Numbered from the stretch's first letter, positions 39,198 to 52,529 are shown. The stretch is 64,000 nucleotides of DNA from Botryllus schlosseri (GCA_051294905.1 CM119372.1:35900001-35964000); one strand, 5' to 3'. Notes: generated by a model not told the origin, from the letters alone. Numbers and translations are program-made.

Positions 39198-40006
39198 GAT
39201 TTCCAGTAAACTCGGCCGCGGTAAATTCGGCCCGGTTAATTCGGCCCGCGGTCACTTCGGGCGTCGGTAAATTCGGCCAGGGCTAGAGTAACAATAACAG
39301 TTACAATACCATTACCTAACCTGAACCCTAGCCCTAATCCTAACTTAACCCTAATCCTAACCTAACCCTAATCCTAACATAACCCTAATCCTAACCATAA
39401 TCCTAACCCTAACCCTAACTCTAACCCCTACCTACGTAACCTTAACCCTAATCCTAACCCCTACCTACCTCACCTAACCCTAATCCTAAACCTAACCCCT
39501 AACTTCCGAATCACTTGATAATATTATAATTATGTAATCTAATACACATTATTAGTTGGTAATACAATTTCAAACAAAGTTCTACGAGGGCGGAATATAC
39601 CGATTAAATTCGGCTGTCGGTAAATTCGGCCCCGTAAACATCTGCATATATATACTTATATATATTTATACGCATACCCTGTTCTCCAAATCACTTGATA
39701 ATAATATAATTATGAAATTAATTCACATTAATAGTTGGTAATGCATTTAAATACAAAATTCTCCGAGGGCCGAATTGACCGAGTAAATTCGGCACTCGGT
39801 AAATTCGGTCCCCGTGAATATCAGCGCTATCTCCCGCGATTACGCGATCTACGCATGTCCTGACATCCAAATCACTTAATAATGGTATAATTATGTAATT
39901 AATTCATGTTAACGGTTGGTAATACATTTTATTAAAATATTCTCGAAGGGCCGAATTTACTGATGTCATGGGCCGAATTTACCGCGGGCCGAGTTTACTG
40001 GCAACC
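39198..40006. mobile_element. Non-autonomous TIR element (Merlin- or Mutator-like) with internal telomere-like tract
   Basis: TIR ..CCAGTAAACTCGGCC / GGCCGAGTTTACTGGCAACC, perfect 8-bp TSD TTCCTACT, (CCTAAC/CCTAAT)n at ~39315-39503. Confidence 0.85.
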
Positions 40007-40478
40007 TTCCTACTATATAGTACCGTATACTTCAAAGTTTGTTATTGTTGCCATTGTTACAATGCAAATTTCATGGTCTATGATTTTGATTGTTGCTTCA
40101 TACTTTACCCGTTTAATTTTGCTTTTAAACACTATGACTCAGACTCAACCCTCTGCTCGATGACTTGGACTCGGACTTGATTCGGTGCTGAATTGAAAAT
40201 GAGTCGACTTGACTCGAGTCAAAACTATAATACTGAGATTGACTTGTGACTCGGAGCATTGTGACTTTCTTACAACTCTGCTTTCGATATCGATATGTCC
40301 AGGCGCCGAATAATCAAACTGAGCCCAGCAAAACACAGCAGACCCTTTATATACTCAATGTAACAATAATATTGACCAATAAACTTTGAAAATTTTTCGC
40401 GCCTGGTGCGGCTAGTGGCCCGCGCGATGGTTCGTCAATGGAATGTGGCCCTTCGGCCAAAAAGGTTGGCCACCCCTG

Positions 40479-41927
40479 CAGTGGCGTAGCAGCCACTTGG
40501 CGGTTCTGGCTCTGCGCCAGGGGCGGCAGGCTCCAAGGGGGCGGCAAAATGTGGCAGCACAGTGAGAGAGAGAGAGAGATATGGTATTCTTTTTCGCCTG
40601 CACCATCGAGATGCTCTGACGACGGAGACGCGAGACGGACTTGTTTTTATAATAAGGTCATCTAGTCTGCACCCCCGCTTTCCCCCCTGTGATTGCTGAG
40701 CGCCTAGCTGGATAACCGCGGATACCAGTTTTCGAGTCTTTGGTCTGATCGGCCGATCAAGAAGCCGGACGCATCACCATTACACTATCTCGCTCGGTAG
40801 TCCTATGGCTGGTAGTCCTATAGCTGGCGTCCCGTGAGCTAAAATTTAATCAAACAGATCTCAATCAAAAGGTACTGTCGCGCTGATTCCGAAAACACGA
40901 ATTAATATGTTAACATGACGATGGAACCACCCCGAAACAGCCGTCAATGCCGATTGTTCGGAGAGCTCGCAGAAAAAAGAGAATGCATGGCGAACAATCA
41001 GAAGATGCTGGCCTTGATGTTGTTGAAGAAGTTAGACGATGCATGTTTCAAGCTTTGGACAGATTTAAACTTGAAGCTGAAACTAGGTTTACCGGCATGC
41101 ACCACTTAAATGATATGTTTGGATTTTTTAATTCCCACGCGCTGCTGCAAAGCGATAGTCACAATTTATTCACCAGCGCTTTTAGAACCACTTATGACAA
41201 CGAGGTGGACTTTTTGGAGTTCGCTGCGAAAATTGTGCCTCATTCCTTCAAATTAGGGATCATATAAATCAGATGATTGCTAGCTTTTCGTACAAACCAA
41301 TATGAGGCCTCTAGGACGAACACAAATTAAGATATGATCATATGAAGTTGTTCAACTGGCGATTTTAAAAGGGTCAAGAGGGTGGTGCGGAGCAGTGAAA
41401 CCACGTTTGATCGTAGTGAAACAGAGTTTGATGTTTTACAGTGGTTAGTGAATGCAAAGCTACTTGATTCGACACCATATTTATGCTCGTGTCAGAAACT
41501 TATCTGACCATTGGGGTTTCAATTGCGAGCTGTGTGAGGCGAGCTTCTCAAAGCTCAAACTGATTAAGTCTTCTTTACGTTCTACCATGAATGATAGTCG
41601 GTTATCAGCTCTATCCATTCTATCTATAAAAAGAGACTACGTTCAAAAACTTGAATTTGAGGATATTATCCCTGATTTTGCTTTGAGGCGGCTATTGATT
41701 TTCTATTTGCGCAATACAATCGTTCGCTATTTCTTGTCTCTATTATTTGTGGCCATATTAACGTTTTGAGACGGTGCGGCTGAGACGCGGCATATTGTTT
41801 GTAATTATTTTTATTAACAAGGTTGCTTAAACATGAATCTATGTCGAAATTTGCTGCGGTCTACTTAAGGGAGGGGCGGCATTTTAGGCGAGAGCCAGGG
41901 GCGGCAGCACATGCTGCTACGCCAGTG
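40479..41927 (+). mobile_element. hAT (Tip100-like) deletion derivative with transposase remnants
   Basis: Same TIRs as 5956-7711; TSD CACCCCTG/CACCCCTT; CEASFSKLKLIKSSLRSTMNDSRLSALSILSI dimerisation motif. Confidence 0.9.
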
Positions 41928-43182
41928 CACCCCTTCTCTACAAGATAACAAAAATTGAACTAAGAATTATCCTTAATAATCACGCACATCTGAAAACTAT
42001 ATGGACCATGTGGAGGGGATGTTCCGTATGCGTCGTTCTACTGTACAGTGTAGAATTCTTCAACTTTACTGCGTGACTTGGCTTACAGTCGTATAAATTG
42101 CTATTAGTAAATTTACATTTACAATTTACAACAGCATCACCTGAAGTGACGGATCGAAATGAAATTACAATCGCCTTTTCCTGGAGAAAGTAACTCAAAT
42201 AATTATTGATTCCGTTCCCCATCTCAGTTCAACATGTCCTCTGCATCGTAAATAACAATCGAGAGAACAGTGGGTGTCAGTAAAGGCCTTTTGGGGCCCT
42301 ACCAATGATACGGAGAACCCGATGTTGCAGATATTTCAGTGGTGAAGTGCATTATTACTAGGGCTGTGGTGTCGGTAAATTTTACCACCGACTCCGACTC
42401 CATACATTTTTAGTATCCCGACTCCGACTTCGACTCACGAGTCTTTAAACGTACCGACTCCGACTCCGGCTCCGACTCCTGAGTCTTTAAACGTACCGAC
42501 TCCGACTCCAACAGTAACACCAATTTACCATAATACCATTAACAAGTTATACAGTAGCCTAGCCAACACCCCAGATTTGTTTTTAAGACATAACAAACAT
42601 ATCAAATCAAGATTGATCCCATACGCCTGCTGGATTTTTTAGACTAGACAAGGACGTATTCTTTATAACAATCTCAATCAATAGGTAAATAAGCATTCGC
42701 TGATGACAAATGTAGTCCATCTCGTTCCTGATGTTGTGTGATTGCGGGTGAAGCTCACAGCAGACAGTCTCACAGAATATTCACAAACGGAAAACTGAAT
42801 ATTTCGAGCAAACACCAAAAGAAGCAATTTTTTTGGCAAGGTGCGTGATCGTTTAGTGTTGATTTTTGTTATGCTACAAGCGTCCTGCATAGAGTGGTCC
42901 GAAGTTGAAATGCAAAGACATTGAACAAAGGATGGTATAATTGCGTGAAACATTGTAATAAATGAAAAAGGTTCAGAGTGCCGGACCTACCAAGGTACGC
43001 CTGTGAACGTGAACCTCTAAATTTCTGAGCTATTCACACACCGAACGGGAACATGAACCTCACTTTCACACCATCCCTACTGCCTACCACTGACGAGCAT
43101 CGGACGGACTCTGATCTCATTCAGACCGTATATGGGTCAATTTTGTGGCAGTCAGATAGGATTCGGATATTATCACATATAA

Positions 43183-45038
43183 CACTGGTCAACAAAATGA
43201 AAAAAAAAATTTTAGGCAGAACATCTGAGAGCCGTTTCTGGGGTTTTTGAGGTTGCTGATTACGAATATCACATTAGTTTTGTCAGATTGGCTCTTTGCC
43301 AGGAGATATTTACACCCCTAAAAAAGCTCAAAATTACTGTTTTTGCCCCTAAATATTTCACTTGTTACGAAGAAAATCGTAGTTTTTTCTAATGTTATAC
43401 TGCGTATAAATAACTAGTTGACTATAAAGAATCCTCATGTCATTATAAGTCGTTCTATCAATATTAACATGACATGATGCGAAATATTTGTTTGTCAAAA
43501 AAGCAGTTTTTGAAGCCTAAAATTTGTACTTTTGCACAACGGAAATACATATTCTCCTGTATAAATTGGTCATTCTATCAAGATGAAAGATGAGTATAAA
43601 ACTATAAAATTTGTCCTTGGAAGGCTTAACTACAATACTCATATGCGTCTCCTTTCTTTCGACTGGTAAATTGATAATTTTCCGCTGAGTCAACAAAGTG
43701 GGTATAACATTATCAAACGAGAAGCGTGAATCTGGTATCTGGTATATTCGAATACCGATGAAAGATTCCAATTTTACATTAAGAAGGAGTTCACTGCATG
43801 TAATTTCTCCTAACATGTAGTAAATAAAGCATTTTAGATTATCATAAAGCACCCAATAAGAAACAGTTGGTCCGAAAATTCGTATCTGCATATCGAACAC
43901 TTGAGCACAAACATGAGCATAAAAGTTCACTTCCTGATCAGAAATCTTGATATATTTCCTGATCATCTTGTTGATTAGAAAGGGGAGAGGTTCTACCAAG
44001 ACATCAGAACAACAAAAGAAAGATATCAGGGCAGATGAGATGAACAATTGAACATATTATGTCAGACGATTGCCGCAAACTTTCAACAAACTGCACTAAA
44101 TAGCTTACAGGCGAAAATCTTACAAAAACAACAATTGTGATTTAAAATATATCAATAATATTATATACCAACTGATTATTTCAACTTTACAATAGCTGGT
44201 TGACGTAAAACTGATTGAATTAATGCCACGTTATTTGAGTGTCAAGGTAAATACCTATGTACCTGACTGGAGTTTATTTATGTACATGATATCCGTGAAA
44301 ATCTGTAACTATGATAAATCTATTACACCTAAATATAGTCCTGTTGTTGTATTTTGATTCAAAAGAGTCTTCTGTGTGTAAAAATAACAAGTAGATTGAT
44401 TTCCTAAACTTTATAGTACGACTGAGCCGATTTTATATGGTTCTATACCAATACCGAGAAAACCATTACCGAGAATGGACATTACCGAGAATGTCATTAC
44501 CGAGAATGGACATTAGCGAGAATGGACATTACCGAGAATGGTCATTACCGAGAATGGTCATTACCGAGAATGGACATTACCGAGAATGGCCAATGTCAAG
44601 AATATAGCTTACTGGGACTGACGTTGCCGCGAAATTTGTACCTGAGCATCGATACCGAATGTGGCAACGCCGTGATGCACTCACACGACCTGTGCATATG
44701 CATACCATGCCTGCATTGCATATATTGCATTCTCGGTAATGTCCATTCTCGGTGGTGTCCATTCTCGGTAATGTCCATTCTCTGTGGTGTCCATTCTCGG
44801 TAATGTCCATTCTCGGTAATGGCATTCTCGGTAATGGTTTTCTCGGTATTGACCGGACACCATTTTATATCTAGTCATTATCGCGAAAATGGGAGATTTC
44901 GGTCAAAATATCCCCATGGGTTATCTCCACAACAAGAGCCAATTTGAAAAAAAAACAAGGTCATATTCAGAATCAGTGCCCTTCAGAACCCCCAAAACCA
45001 CTCTTACTTTGTCTGCCTAAAAAATGTGTTGACCAGTG
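43183..45038 (+). mobile_element. Chapaev3 (CMC) deletion derivative
   Basis: TIR CACTGGTCAACA, 3-bp TSD TAA; remnant NMSIKVHFL..LDIFP..KGERFYQDI...RYQG at ~43900-44040. Confidence 0.85.
44439..44861. mobile_element. Foldback/Mutator-like MITE with 15-bp subterminal repeat arrays
   Basis: (ACATTACCGAGAATGG-type)n left and inverted right; perfect 9-bp TSD ATTTTATAT. Confidence 0.9.
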
Positions 45039-45394
45039 TAATCATTCGGATATTGTCGGATGGTTGTAACTTTTGATACGAATATTTCTGGGTAGTTAGT
45101 AACAGAAGTGAGTTTTGATTACAGGCCAACATTATTTAGTTATCAACTCGATAACCACACACAGACAGTTGACACCTTGCGATATGACTTTAAAATATTT
45201 GTCAAGGGTCCAAGCAAATAGAAATCGACTGACACCACTACCAACGCAGAGTAGAAAATACTATTAGGGCAATCATAATATCACATTTATTTGGTAAAAC
45301 ACATTATCAATTGTAACATATTTGCAACACTTTTGATATATAAAAATTGATCTGATAAGAAATGGTATGATTGAGATTGGACATAAGCTTCCTT

Positions 45395-45712
45395 GACCGC
45401 GTGACAATGGAAAGCTGCTGCTGTCCTGATTACGAAATTATAAATTTTATTCTGCTCATGGTCCTGGAACCTCCCAAAATATGCCTCGAATTTTGCATTG
45501 TGATCAAGTTTTAACAATGTGACGCAGCAATTCCGTCTGGCAAAACGAGAGTGAAGCTAAGAAGAAAAAGCAAGGCAGCCTTGTTGCGCCACAATTCAAA
45601 ACTCAATCGCAATGCAAAATTCGAGGCTGGTTTTGGGGTGTTGCAGGACCATGAGCAGAATAAATTCATATTTTCGTTATCAGTACAGCAGCAGCTTTCG
45701 ATAGATACCCGT
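45395..45712. mobile_element. Palindromic MITE-like inverted repeat
   Basis: ~45410-45512 is a diverged reverse complement of ~45598-45699 (AAAGCTGCTGCTG...TGCTCATGGTCCTG...GCCTCGAATTTTGCATTG). Confidence 0.7.
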
Positions 45713-48700
45713 TTCATCGAATTTAGCGCTCGGCAAGCCGGTCAAAAATGGCCGTAAAGTTGCCTTTGACCAAATGAAAAGAGTGACGAGACCAATTTCA
45801 CTGAGCCGTGAGATTTGCTTGTCTCCACACCATATAGGACACTATGGTTCATTTCTCGAATCTTATCAAACTACTTATCGTCTGATTGTCGATTTCAGCA
45901 CTGACTTTGCCAAATGAGGTAATCGCTATGTTCAAGTGAAACAACACAAGTTTGCAAGGGGCACATCGCACCGCACCTTGGAAACCACATCCGAAAGGCC
46001 AAGGACACTGTACAGTTGAAGATGAGTTTCCTCTCTTCCAATAAACAAGTCAGCGAGTCAACTACGGATCTGCTACTGGAGAGGAAATTTGGACGAGGTG
46101 CTTTTGTGGTACGGCATGATGAATATGGACATTATGTGTCAGTCGACTATAAGCATTGTGCCCCGAACATTAAGCTGATTTATCAAAAGTATTATAAGCA
46201 TCACATCATGCAACATGTTGCAAGTGAGCAAGCTAGCTTTCACGCCTTTCCACAGTTATGGGCTAAATGCGGATTATCTGCATCCAATGTGGACCCTCTT
46301 ATAATTGTAAAATTACATGGTAACAATTAGCTTATATTACTTCTTGATATTTATTGGGAAATATGGTTCAATGTTTGGTTGTTCATTGCCCAATAATCTG
46401 CCCCTTTTCGCTTGTTTTCGCTCCGAGATGCAATTTCCATTCGCACATCTACTTCAAACTATTGTAGCGTTAGTTCCGTTAATGTTCCAACACCAAAAAT
46501 TCCAACTACCGTGTTTTTGTTCATTCTATTAATACTATTAGTGATCTTCTCGTGCAGAAAGTATCTCAGTTCAGTTGTACAATTGATATTCTGCGATAAC
46601 GTTATTCGATATGGATTTTTAGGATTCTTGGATGACATTTTCGGATATAGTCGGATAATTGGATGAGACTCTTCGTAATCGGATGGATGGTTTCACAGAC
46701 ACGCAACCTGTCGGACGGATTCGGATTCTCAAAAGCCATAACATCCGCTCATCACTGCTACCTAAACCCTACGCCCTACACCCACTACTCAATCAAGTGA
46801 TTGTATTTGGTATGGGTGATGCGAACGCTCGCTTCACGTTCACGTTCCCATTCGAAGTGCGAACATCGATAATTCAGCAGTTTGTTTTCGCAACCGAGCC
46901 ACGGTAGCGTAGCGTCTTTTTAGGGGAATGAAAGAAAATCTCGCTAATCTCAACATCCGTGACAAATACTCCTCCAATCTCATCTCAACATAACTCATGT
47001 GCCAGTAAAAAAGAAAAACTCAACACAAAAGTGACATACCGAGCGTAGTCTAAATTTGTGCTATACTTGTAAATACCACGCTTTTCAGTTTGTGAATTAT
47101 CATATACTGACTCGTATCGGCGAGTCAGCCAGTGCGAGATCGTCAGCCTTTATTCCCGCGAAGTGCTAGAGTTGGTGCTACGACTGATACCACAGTATGT
47201 TGTAGGCTATTTATGTATCGTTGTGCGAAATTGGTCATTGGCTGCCAATATTGTCTCCGAAAATTTTAGGGATGCCGCACAGAACCAGGCGGCCTCTGGC
47301 GCTCTACAAGGTCAACTTAAACTTGCCTAAGATATGATGAAACGTCACTAATGAGTTAGGCCTACTCCATAACATCGTATGAGAATACGTTCTCTCCTAG
47401 TATCCTTATAACTCGTGACGAGTGACATATGCGCATTTTGATAATGGACAGCCACCGTGACGTTTTCTCATTATACAGACAGGGGCGTATAGAAATGAAG
47501 GAAAGTGAGCTTTTCAACACTATATACTCCCTTTGAAAATGACGATGGAAATCCCAGATATCGGAAACAAAAATGCGGATTTATTCTGGTTTCGACAAGC
47601 GAGTTCCAATCTCACTAAACAAACGCACAGTACCCATGCCAAATGTATGCAGCTGCTCGAAAGTAGCTTGGTAATAAGTGTCACGCGTCCTACATTTGAT
47701 CTAATCCAATCATTATTTACCCTCTACGTTAATCATCACACTTTTGATCCCGTCCCCTTGCCAAGTAGCACTACGCCAACAGTATTCGTCAGTTAGATGA
47801 AGGGGCGTTGAGGCAAGGATAGCTCTTCCTGCAAGTAGAATAGCAATCATGGCGAACTCCTATACGTGCCCTTAGCGACGCATGAGATCTATCAGCGAGC
47901 GTGATACGGTGCATATTCGTAACCCGAACAAGTCCTGTTGTAGTTTGTGATCCGCATCGACCAATAAAATTAATTAGAAGTGGTGGATAGTGGTGGTTAT
48001 TAGAGGTCAAAATTATCGCATGTTCGTGCATTGCAATGTGCGAATACATGTTGTATGCAGTCTCCGCAGTGCGTGTAATGTCGGAAATCCCTCATGTCCT
48101 GAAGCTTCAAAACCTGTTAAATTTTTCCTTTTTGGGCGCTCGTGACCTTTAAAGCTCCTTGTATGTTATGAATGGCAGCTGCCGTACCCCGGACATTGAT
48201 GGTGTACCAGTGTCAGAGTGGGCACATCTGATGCTGCAGCTTTGTCATGCTATAAGCTCGTATAGCGTATAGGACGGAATCTAATTAGGAACAGGTGTGC
48301 GTGTGTGTGTGGCACACCCAATACCGCGGACAAGTGGTCACGTAGCGCAGGTTCACTATAATAATAAAATAAGGTGTCTGACCCCTCACAAAACCTGTTG
48401 AGTTGATTTCAATTCGGAATAAGCAGCCACGAGTGGCCTACCTCTGATGGTAATATTCTCGTAAGCCTTCCGGTCATATTGCTTTGTAGGTATGACGGGA
48501 CTGGACTGATTGTATACATTCGACATTGCACCAGCCACTCCCTAATGGTAGCATCTTGTGACAGCTTCCAAACAATATTACATACGAGCTGTCAAATGAT
48601 CTACTGTAGGCTACTCTCAGCACAAATCGTAAACGAACCTGACCCTGATGTCCGAAATCAGAAGTTCGTCGATATATAATACGACGTGGAAAGGATAATA

Positions 48701-48837
48701 TCTTCTGCAATTTCGTGTCCAATGTTCCTATTAGCCTACCCAATTCGAAATCTTGAGATTGAGGTATTTTTTCATGAAATACAGCCTAGTTGTTCTCGTT
48801 AGTTTAATTTCATTGGCATATTTGATTCGGCATCATC

Positions 48838-48840
48838 ATG
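48838..48840 (+). CDS. GPX4: Probable GPx start codon at the end of exon 1 (ATG|gtgagt)
   Basis: Strong phase-0 donor directly after ATG, in frame with exon 2; resembles the cytosolic start of vertebrate GPX4. Confidence 0.5.
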
Positions 48841-49682
48841 GTGAGTGAATTTACTGAAATGCGTTACTGTGGAGCGATCCTTGATCTAATTGGGCTACCA
48901 ATTACTCTGTTATTCATATTATATAGAGGTCATAGTGACAGCTTGAAGCGTATGTAACCAGATGGTTTGAAGTCGACACTGTCGTACATGGTACGACGAA
49001 TATTAACAGACCATCGTATTTGATGACTTCTAAAGTAATGACTGAAATATCTGTTGCTATAATATTCGGTCGGTCCGACTCTAACCTTCCAGCAGAAGAG
49101 GGCATGGTTCCATACACAATTTTAGTGGATATTCCATTTCGAACCGTGTTGACACCTCGCACGTTGATTTGCTAAGTGTCTTTTGTCTCAATACAACCTA
49201 TAATGATGGAGAATATGCCTAAATCCTGTAAGTTTAGGGGTAATTTTTCTAACTGAATTCATCCGACGAATTATTACATAACCTGCTATAAACATGATTT
49301 ACACGGCCTGTAATGGCACTGATTGCAACGTTTCCAATAGTGACCAAATTGTTAACTAAGATTCGATTGTTGTACATACTTGATGGTGGAAGGTATGCCT
49401 CTAGTCAATCTAGATACTCGCCTTGTTCACATAGCGACTACCTCGCAGCGTGGAAATCTGGATACTCGCCTTGTTCACATAGCGACTTCCACAGTTGAAA
49501 AAAATTCTTGCTAATGTAATGGCTTTCCATCGGTTATCGTAAGTTGGTTTTATGCTAGGAAATTACCCAGACGATTTCTGAACTGCATCTTGCTGGATGT
49601 TGTCATTCGTTTCAAGTTAATCTATTCTATCATACGGCTTTGAAGCGAAGTTCGTTAGTATTCCAATATGTTCATTTCACAG

Positions 49683-49783
49683 GCCTGTGGCGGCTCTAGT
49701 GACAACTGGAAAACGGCAAAAACCATTTACGAGTTCAATGCTGATGACATAGACGGCAATTCCGTTTCTCTGGACAAGTACAG
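49683..49783 (+). CDS. GPX4: Glutathione peroxidase (GPx4/PHGPx-like) exon 2
   Basis: tttcacag acceptor, gtgatt donor; ACGGSSDNWKTAKTIYEFNADDIDGNSVSLDKY(R). Confidence 0.92.
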
Positions 49784-50194
49784 GTGATTGTTCGAATGAT
49801 GGATTTCTTGCATTGCATTTCCCCGCCTTTCACTGATGAGTCCACTCCTTGGTGGTGGGAGACCCGATATTGTTATGGTTTGCTATTAACACTGTAGGGC
49901 TCCGACATCTACTCTACAATGAATGGTGTTCTCCGTGGTGACAAAGTTTAATAAGGTCGTGATTTTCCTACAGTCGTAACTTCAAATTGTTCCGGACGGG
50001 AATGGCTCATAACAGATTTATTTTAGTCGGCTCATAACAGATTTATTTTAGTAAAAAGAACGGCAGCTCATGCCTATTATCCCAATATGTCTTCGCCCAA
50101 GACGGATGAAGTTGCACTAGCATCGCATCATTTTAAAAATAAAATGTTTTCGAAAATAGTTTGATCTTGTCAGCTTCAGTACGTTCGTATACAC

Positions 50195-51400
50195 GAGTGG
50201 TTCCCAACCTTTTTCGACTCATCGCCCCCTTCTGAAGCTCCACACCGATCATCGCCCCCCAAATATTGGGAACCGAAAAACAGCACTTTGTCAGCCCCCG
50301 CCCCAAAAAAACGTTGGTCTTTGGCCCCATAGGGTGACAAACCAAACCCAAGACCCCCCTCAGCCAGTAGGCCTTCTGTCGCTACATATCAGCTATACCC
50401 TATTTCATGTAGGCCTACTGTTTGGTGAGCCACCGTATTTCGCCTAAAATCGCGAAGCGCGACAAAATTATATAATTCATGTTTGAATCGCTCAATATGG
50501 TCGGGAATTACATATATATTGCTATAAATTTTTCATCTTTCTGCTCGCGTAATCAGATTTATCGGTAGAGCTGAGCGTGGTGTGCTGGAAAAGGTGGGAC
50601 CCCTAAATAATAATTGAACATCTTCGGACGGAATCGTTGTTATATTGACTTCGTTACATGATGCTATTTCGTGACCTACTATATCTGCTATGTCAGAAGA
50701 TATGGAAATACGGAAATCGTCAAAACGTACCAAAATAAAATTCGCGCATGATATCAAATTTGTATTTCTGTACTGCCAAATATTTTTTTCCTTGCGGGAT
50801 GGCATTTGTCCTGTAGGGTTAAAGTCGCCAGGACAGGAACATTCGACGCAAGCCGTTGAGGCGCCTATGGACAATGAAACATATGTATCGAAGTTTTCGG
50901 TCAGCCCAAGGGCATTCCTTTTCGGCCAAGGTCTTCTCGCTGATGATCGTTCTGGCACACTTCTCGGAGTCGCATGCAACATGGCCTCTAACTCCACATG
51001 TCTTGGTGCGTCGTGGCTCAGTAATAGCCGACGCCGAAGTCTCCTATTTTCATAAATCATGCGTATTTTAGTTGGGTGACGGGTAGGCCTACCCCAAAAT
51101 CAAGATATATTAAATGATTAAATCGCGCCAGCGCGAAATTTTTTTGAAAAAGTGAATAAATTTCTAAAAAATTACTCTATAATTTTGTGCCCCACTCGAG
51201 TTCGGGTCCTCACCCCCAATTGGGGAGTTTGGGGTGCGGTAGTTACGGTCCATACTCCGATATAGCCGTTTTAAAGCGCCATCGCCCCTATCGCCCCCTT
51301 CATCCGATTTCGACCCCCTATCGCCCCCTTCGTTATTTTCGCCCCCTGGACCGCCAAATCGCCCCCTGGGGGGTGATATCGCCCACGTTGGGAACCACTG
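50195..51400 (+). mobile_element. hAT-Charlie non-autonomous element in the GPx intron between exons 2 and 3 (ATCGCCCC subterminal repeats)
   Basis: TIR (G/C)AGTGGTTCCCAAC, perfect TSD GTATACAC; body shared with 21301-22726. Confidence 0.9.
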
Positions 51401-52072
51401 GTATACACCTTCATTTCATTACAGTTAATGATCCTCTATAAGGGTACTCAACTGGCGGACCGCGGTCCAAATGTGAACTTGTGAGCGGCTGATTAAGATC
51501 TTATCTTTCTCAGTATACACTCGAAGATTTTCAATAACGCGTAATTCATTATCGGACTCTCGCGGATACGCCGACATTTTATTGGCCAGGCCCGACGTTC
51601 TTGGGATGCGACACGTTCTGATATTAGCCTGTCCATCTCAGTTTCAATTTGATTTTTCAGCAAAACCAAATCCATTATCCTTATCCAACTCGTACAGATA
51701 TGCCAACATTTTATTCAGTAGTCCGACTCCTGAACTAAGTGACACCCGTAGCATAGAAAAGATCAGCGCCGAAAAAGATAACAAGGTTTTGGCACAGCAG
51801 CAAAAGTTGTATCAACAATGATGCAAGAGCGCTGCCAGATGACATGTATCGCAGCTGAATATGTCGGAAGTATTATATTAGGCACACAAGCCAATTTCCA
51901 ACTTCTGCATCCTGAAGTTAGCTGAACATGATTAATTATTCCTGTCGTGATGGCTTATGTCTACTTTCCCCGTGGTACGGAGATATACCAGCAATGCTTT
52001 GACCACACATGATATCGACGTATCGCCTTTTCTTTTCAAATTCCATTTCTGAAATCGTCGCATTCAATGCAG

Positions 52073-52217
52073 GGGCCAGGTCTGTATGGTAGTGAACGTC
52101 GCGTCTCAATGACGCAAGACGAAATCCAACTATCAACAGATGGAACAACTTTTTGAAAAGTACTCGTCAAAAGGCCTCAACATTTTAGCTTTTCCGTGTA
52201 ACCAGTTCGGTGGTCAG
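52073..52217 (+). CDS. GPX4: Glutathione peroxidase (GPx4/PHGPx-like) exon 3 with selenocysteine TGA at 52110-52112
   Basis: Phase-2 join; [48 protein letters not shown]; GPx signatures NVASxU and LAFPCNQFG. Confidence 0.95.
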
Positions 52218-52529
52218 GTGGGTGTTAAAATACAGTTACAGCTTGTTTAGCAGTTTTTAGAATACAACCTTAGCTCTCTGCAACTCCGCACTATCAGTTG
52301 ACGAGGTTAATCTTCGTGCAACAATTGCGAGGGTTTCAGACGGTCAGATTTTTCCACAATTAATGGGTAAAGACAAGTTTCTCATTCTTTAGAAGCGATA
52401 TATCTTCCAAGTAGTTGGTAGTACTTGCGGTGTCGGTATCCTTCAATAATTGACGGCCATGCTAGTAGTGAGGGTATCTACTTTTATTGCAGGCCAATCA
52501 AATTTCGCCACGTCGCCTTAATTGCCACG

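Larger units (their letters stand above)
43088..46757. mobile_element. Old hAT-type MITE (TCGGAT repeats) hosting nested insertions
   Basis: Ends CACTGACGAGC / GCTCATCACTG; degenerate TSD CTGCCTAC/CTACCTAA. Confidence 0.55.

Noticed and set aside
39315..39503. True telomere or chromosome fusion site
   Set aside because: Degenerate and enclosed by TIRs and a TSD
44460..44850. CRISPR-like array or repeat protein ORFs (MDITENGH)
   Set aside because: Contiguous 15-bp units without spacers, inverted arrangement and a TSD: foldback transposon
48074..48482. Solo LTR upstream of GPx (TGTAATG start, TATA, AATAAA)
   Set aside because: No clean CA end or TSD; cannot be supported
49313..49392. MALIATF... 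as GPx first exon
   Set aside because: Its gtatgc donor is phase 2, incompatible with phase-0 exon 2
49830..49870. CTGATGAGTCC hammerhead ribozyme or SECIS
   Set aside because: No GAAA core after the stem; intronic position is wrong for a SECIS
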